This document shows, in pieces, positions 56,343-58,660 of a stretch of DNA of 58,660 nucleotides. The notes beneath the pieces were generated by a model. The model made no database searches. It was not told the DNA's origin and saw nothing but the letters and a program-made list of their open reading frames with translations. The position numbers were made by a program, and so were the translations under genes. This DNA comes from a virus (taxonomy: Duplodnaviria; Caudoviricetes): the IMG/VR virus record IMGVR_UViG_3300029327_000042, positions 1-58,660 of that record; one strand, 5' to 3'. Numbering within the stretch: the stretch's first letter is position 1; the number at the start of each line of letters is the position of its first letter.

Positions 56343-57079
56343 AAATCGACGCCGTTCCCTTCGATCTCGACTTCGAGGAGGCCATAGCCTGGTTTCGGAG
56401 CAAAGGCTATGCGATTACGGCAACCTCCTGGAGGGAACTCTGGAAGCAGGCGAACGCTCGCGCTTTTACGGTGGCTCGCGTTACCGAAATGGACGTGCTG
56501 GTCGACATCAAAAACGAAGTCGACAAAGCAATCCGCAACGGCACAACGCTCAAGGAATTTAAAGACAACCTCATCCCGAAGCTCGAAGAAAAGGGATGGT
56601 GGGCCCCGACCGGTGAAAAGGCAATCGTGCAGCTCCCGGACGGGACCGAAATGAAGCGTCTCGCGCCCTGGCGGCTTGAGACCATTTTTAACACCAACAT
56701 TCAGACCGCCTACTCGGTCGGCCGGTTTCAGCAACAGATGGAAGTCGCGCAGGATCGCCCCTACTGGCAATACAAGGCGATCATCGATTCGGTCACCCGG
56801 CCCGATCACGCCGAGATGGACGACAGGGTTTATCACTACCTGCACCCGATCTGGAACGAATGGTATCCGCCCAACGGCTTTGGCTGAAGGTGCTACATCG
56901 TGACGCTCTCGGTCGAGGACGTAGGAGAACGCGGACTGGAAGAGGAAACAACCGGGGTATCGGCAAAACCCGATGAAGGCTGGGACTATAACGTCGGAAG
57001 AGAAGGCCTCAATTCCTACAAGCCGGACCTCTCTAAATACCCCGAGGACTTGGCCAGGCAGTACAAGGAGCCGGAATGA
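56339..57079 (+). CDS. MuF/gp30 head morphogenesis protein; in-frame TGA (56885-87) proposed as selenocysteine (246 aa)
   Basis: RAFTVA, RLETIFNTN, RPYWQY, D..TRPDH, YPPNGFG(TGA)RC. The frame continues 63 codons through PDEGWDYNVG to a TGA overlapping the next ATG. Confidence 0.8.
56903..56922 (+). promoter_or_regulatory. putative bacterial SECIS element
   Basis: ACG-c-UCUC-GGUC-GAGG-a-CGU hairpin; 23 nt separate the UGA from the loop; same GGUC loop as E. coli fdhF SECIS. Confidence 0.65.
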
Positions 57080-58182
57080 ACAAGTTCATAGTTATCGCGC
57101 AGATGCCCCCCGGAATAATTCCGACAGAGTTCCAGGTCTTTCCTGCCGGCCAGGTGGAGGCGAAAGGGGCCGGTGCCTTTACCGTCGACGCTGAAGCTAT
57201 GAACGCGGTCATCCAAAAGTTCCAGGCCCGAGGCCTGGACATGGTGATCGACTACGAACACCAGACCGAGGGCAAAACCGATCAATACGATTTCACCGCC
57301 CCTGACGGACGCGCTCCGGCTGCCGGCTGGATAAAGCGGCTGGAAAATCGCGGTCAGGACGGGCTCTGGGCGATTTGCGAATGGACCGACAAGGCCAGGG
57401 AATACCTCGCCAGCCGCGAGTACAGATACTTCTCGCCTGTTTTCATGGTTTCAAAAAGTTCCGGAAAATTGACGGAGCTGCTTAGAGTGGCGCTCACAAA
57501 CGCGCCGCGCCTTAATCAAATTCAGCCAATCGTGGCGAAAAATCTCAAGGAGGAAAGTATGGAGTTTTTAAAGAAAATAGCCAAGCTGCTCGGGCTCCCC
57601 GAGACGGCCACGGAAGACCAGGTGTCAGTTGCCATCGCCGGGCTTAACGGTCACAAGGAAACCGTTCTCGCATGCTCCAGGGAAGTAGGTCTAACCGATG
57701 CAACGGGCGGAGAAATCATTATCTCGGCGATCAAATCGCTCAAGGAACAGCCCGCAAAGATCGTTGCCTGCCCCGAAGTTATCGAGGCAATCGGCCTGGC
57801 CACAACCGCTACCAAGTCCGAAATCATAGCCTCGATCCACGCGCTGAAGCAGCGCCCCGACGCGACGGTTCTCCAGGAGATCGCATCGCTTAAAGCGCGC
57901 CTGGCCGAACGCGATAAGGACGATCTCGTCACCGCCGCGCTCAAGGAAGGCAAGATCACCCCGGCGCAGAAGGAATGGGCCGAAAAATACGCCCTGGCCG
58001 ATGCCGAAGGCTTCAAGCTTTTCGTAGCCAAGGCCCCACAGGTTGTGCCGACAGACAAGCTCCAGGTCGTACCCGATCCCAAGCCGGCTGCCGTGCCTGA
58101 TGACGCCCAGCTCCAGATCAACAAGATGCTCGGGGTCTCGGATGAGACCTGGAAAAAATACAACACGCCGGCGACGGCCTAA
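57076..58182 (+). CDS. Mu gp32/I-like protease-scaffold
   Basis: VIDYEHQT, APAAGWI, EYRYFSPVF, VALTNAP, GKITPAQKEWA. Confidence 0.9.
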   Translation: MNKFIVIAQMPPGIIPTEFQVFPAGQVEAKGAGAFTVDAEAMNAVIQKFQARGLDMVIDYEHQTEGKTDQYDFTAPDGRAPAAGWIKRLENRGQDGLWAICEWTDKAREYLASREYRYFSPVFMVSKSSGKLTELLRVALTNAPRLNQIQPIVAKNLKEESMEFLKKIAKLLGLPETATEDQVSVAIAGLNGHKETVLACSREVGLTDATGGEIIISAIKSLKEQPAKIVACPEVIEAIGLATTATKSEIIASIHALKQRPDATVLQEIASLKARLAERDKDDLVTAALKEGKITPAQKEWAEKYALADAEGFKLFVAKAPQVVPTDKLQVVPDPKPAAVPDDAQLQINKMLGVSDETWKKYNTPATA

Positions 58183-58219
58183 GACGAACTGCCGGAAACG
58201 GCATCAAGGAGGGTTGGAA

Positions 58220-58660
58220 ATGGCTTTAGCTGACGACAGAAAAACCCAGTATTTCGAGGGCCTAGAAAATTACTTCCCGGTTGGGGCGGCTAAGAAAATT
58301 TACGCCGGAAGTCTCGTCTGCCTCGACGGAGTAACCAGACTGGCCGAAGCCGCAAGCGATGCTGCAAGCAAGGTATTCGCGGGCGTGGCCGGCGAGCGGG
58401 CCGACAACTCGCTTGGCCTGGCCAGCGCAATCAATGTGCTCACGCGCCGGCGCGGTGTGTTCCTGTTTGGCATCGCGGCCGCGGTCCAGGGAGACGTCGG
58501 TAAGGCGGTCTTTGTAAAAGACGATGAGACTGTCGACCTGGTCGGAAACGTCACGAACGGAATCTACGTCGGCGTTATCGCGCGCGTTGAATCTGCAACC
58601 AAGGTCTGGGTCGATATCTACCCCGGCCTCATCCAGTCAGATGTCGCAACCCACATCGCA
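58220..58660 (+). CDS. capsid decoration/cement-like protein, truncated by the window end
   Basis: AAGGAGG RBS; MALADDRKT...IYAGSLV...FAGVA...RRGVF...DVGKAVFVKDD...VWVDI. Confidence 0.7.
   Translation, partial: MALADDRKTQYFEGLENYFPVGAAKKIYAGSLVCLDGVTRLAEAASDAASKVFAGVAGERADNSLGLASAINVLTRRRGVFLFGIAAAVQGDVGKAVFVKDDETVDLVGNVTNGIYVGVIARVESATKVWVDIYPGLIQSDVATHIA

Larger units (their letters stand above)
38915..58660 (+). mobile_element. Mu-like transposable prophage, left part; left end approximate, continues beyond the window
   Basis: Gene order: repressor, Ner-like, MuA, MuB, GemA, Gam, lysis, gp27, gp28, gp29, gpF, protease I. Confidence 0.92.

Noticed and set aside
56885-56887. Genome-wide or phage-wide TGA reassignment (code 4/25)
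   Set aside because: TGA is the real stop of neighbouring genes (portal 56340-42, MuB, ATGA overlaps at 52451, 52711, 53223 and 57076), so any readthrough must be site-specific.
56973-57194. Separate small gene filling the gap after the truncated MuF ORF
   Set aside because: The interval is better explained by the MuF frame continuing past the TGA with family-typical sequence.

Overview
The whole window is accessory DNA made of nested mobile elements. It opens with the 3' half of a tRNA-Lys(CTT) on the minus strand (33-78), read as an att scar. Next come an AT-rich segment encoding a secreted RCC1-repeat/papain-like protease (0.5-3.8 kb) and a replication/mobilisation-like module (4.0-11.6 kb). 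That module holds DUF932, a tandem intact plus catalytically degenerate RuvC pair, a Rep-like HTH, an XRE regulator, a soluble VirD4/TraG-like ATPase, a Cas4/AddB-like nuclease, DUF2958 and a serine resolvase. An anti-phage defence island follows (12-25.3 kb): PLD-SNF2 helicase, Eco57I-like methyltransferase, GIY-YIG, TIGR02391, AbiJ/Abi-C and Hachiman HamAB. Then there is a 4,647-bp integrase-less cassette bounded by 21-bp tRNA-3'-end direct repeats with arm-type sites (25.6-30.3 kb), and a second integrative element with two tyrosine integrases, a Replic_Relax-like protein and another VirD4-like ATPase (30.3-38.8 kb). The rest is the left ~20 kb of a Mu-like transposable prophage (about 38.9 kb to the window end). 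The top observation is in the prophage MuF/gpF head gene. It has an in-frame TGA exactly at the first Cys of the conserved PPNGxxCRC motif, followed by an fdhF-like SECIS hairpin (GGUC loop), and the frame stays open to an ATGA overlap with the next gene, making it a candidate phage selenoprotein. Other highlights are the RuvC/pseudo-RuvC pair next to a 12-bp inverted repeat, the excisable att cassette, and cargo genes bracketed by copies of the repressor's S24 catalytic-site DNA. All family assignments come from motif recognition by eye; no database searches were run.
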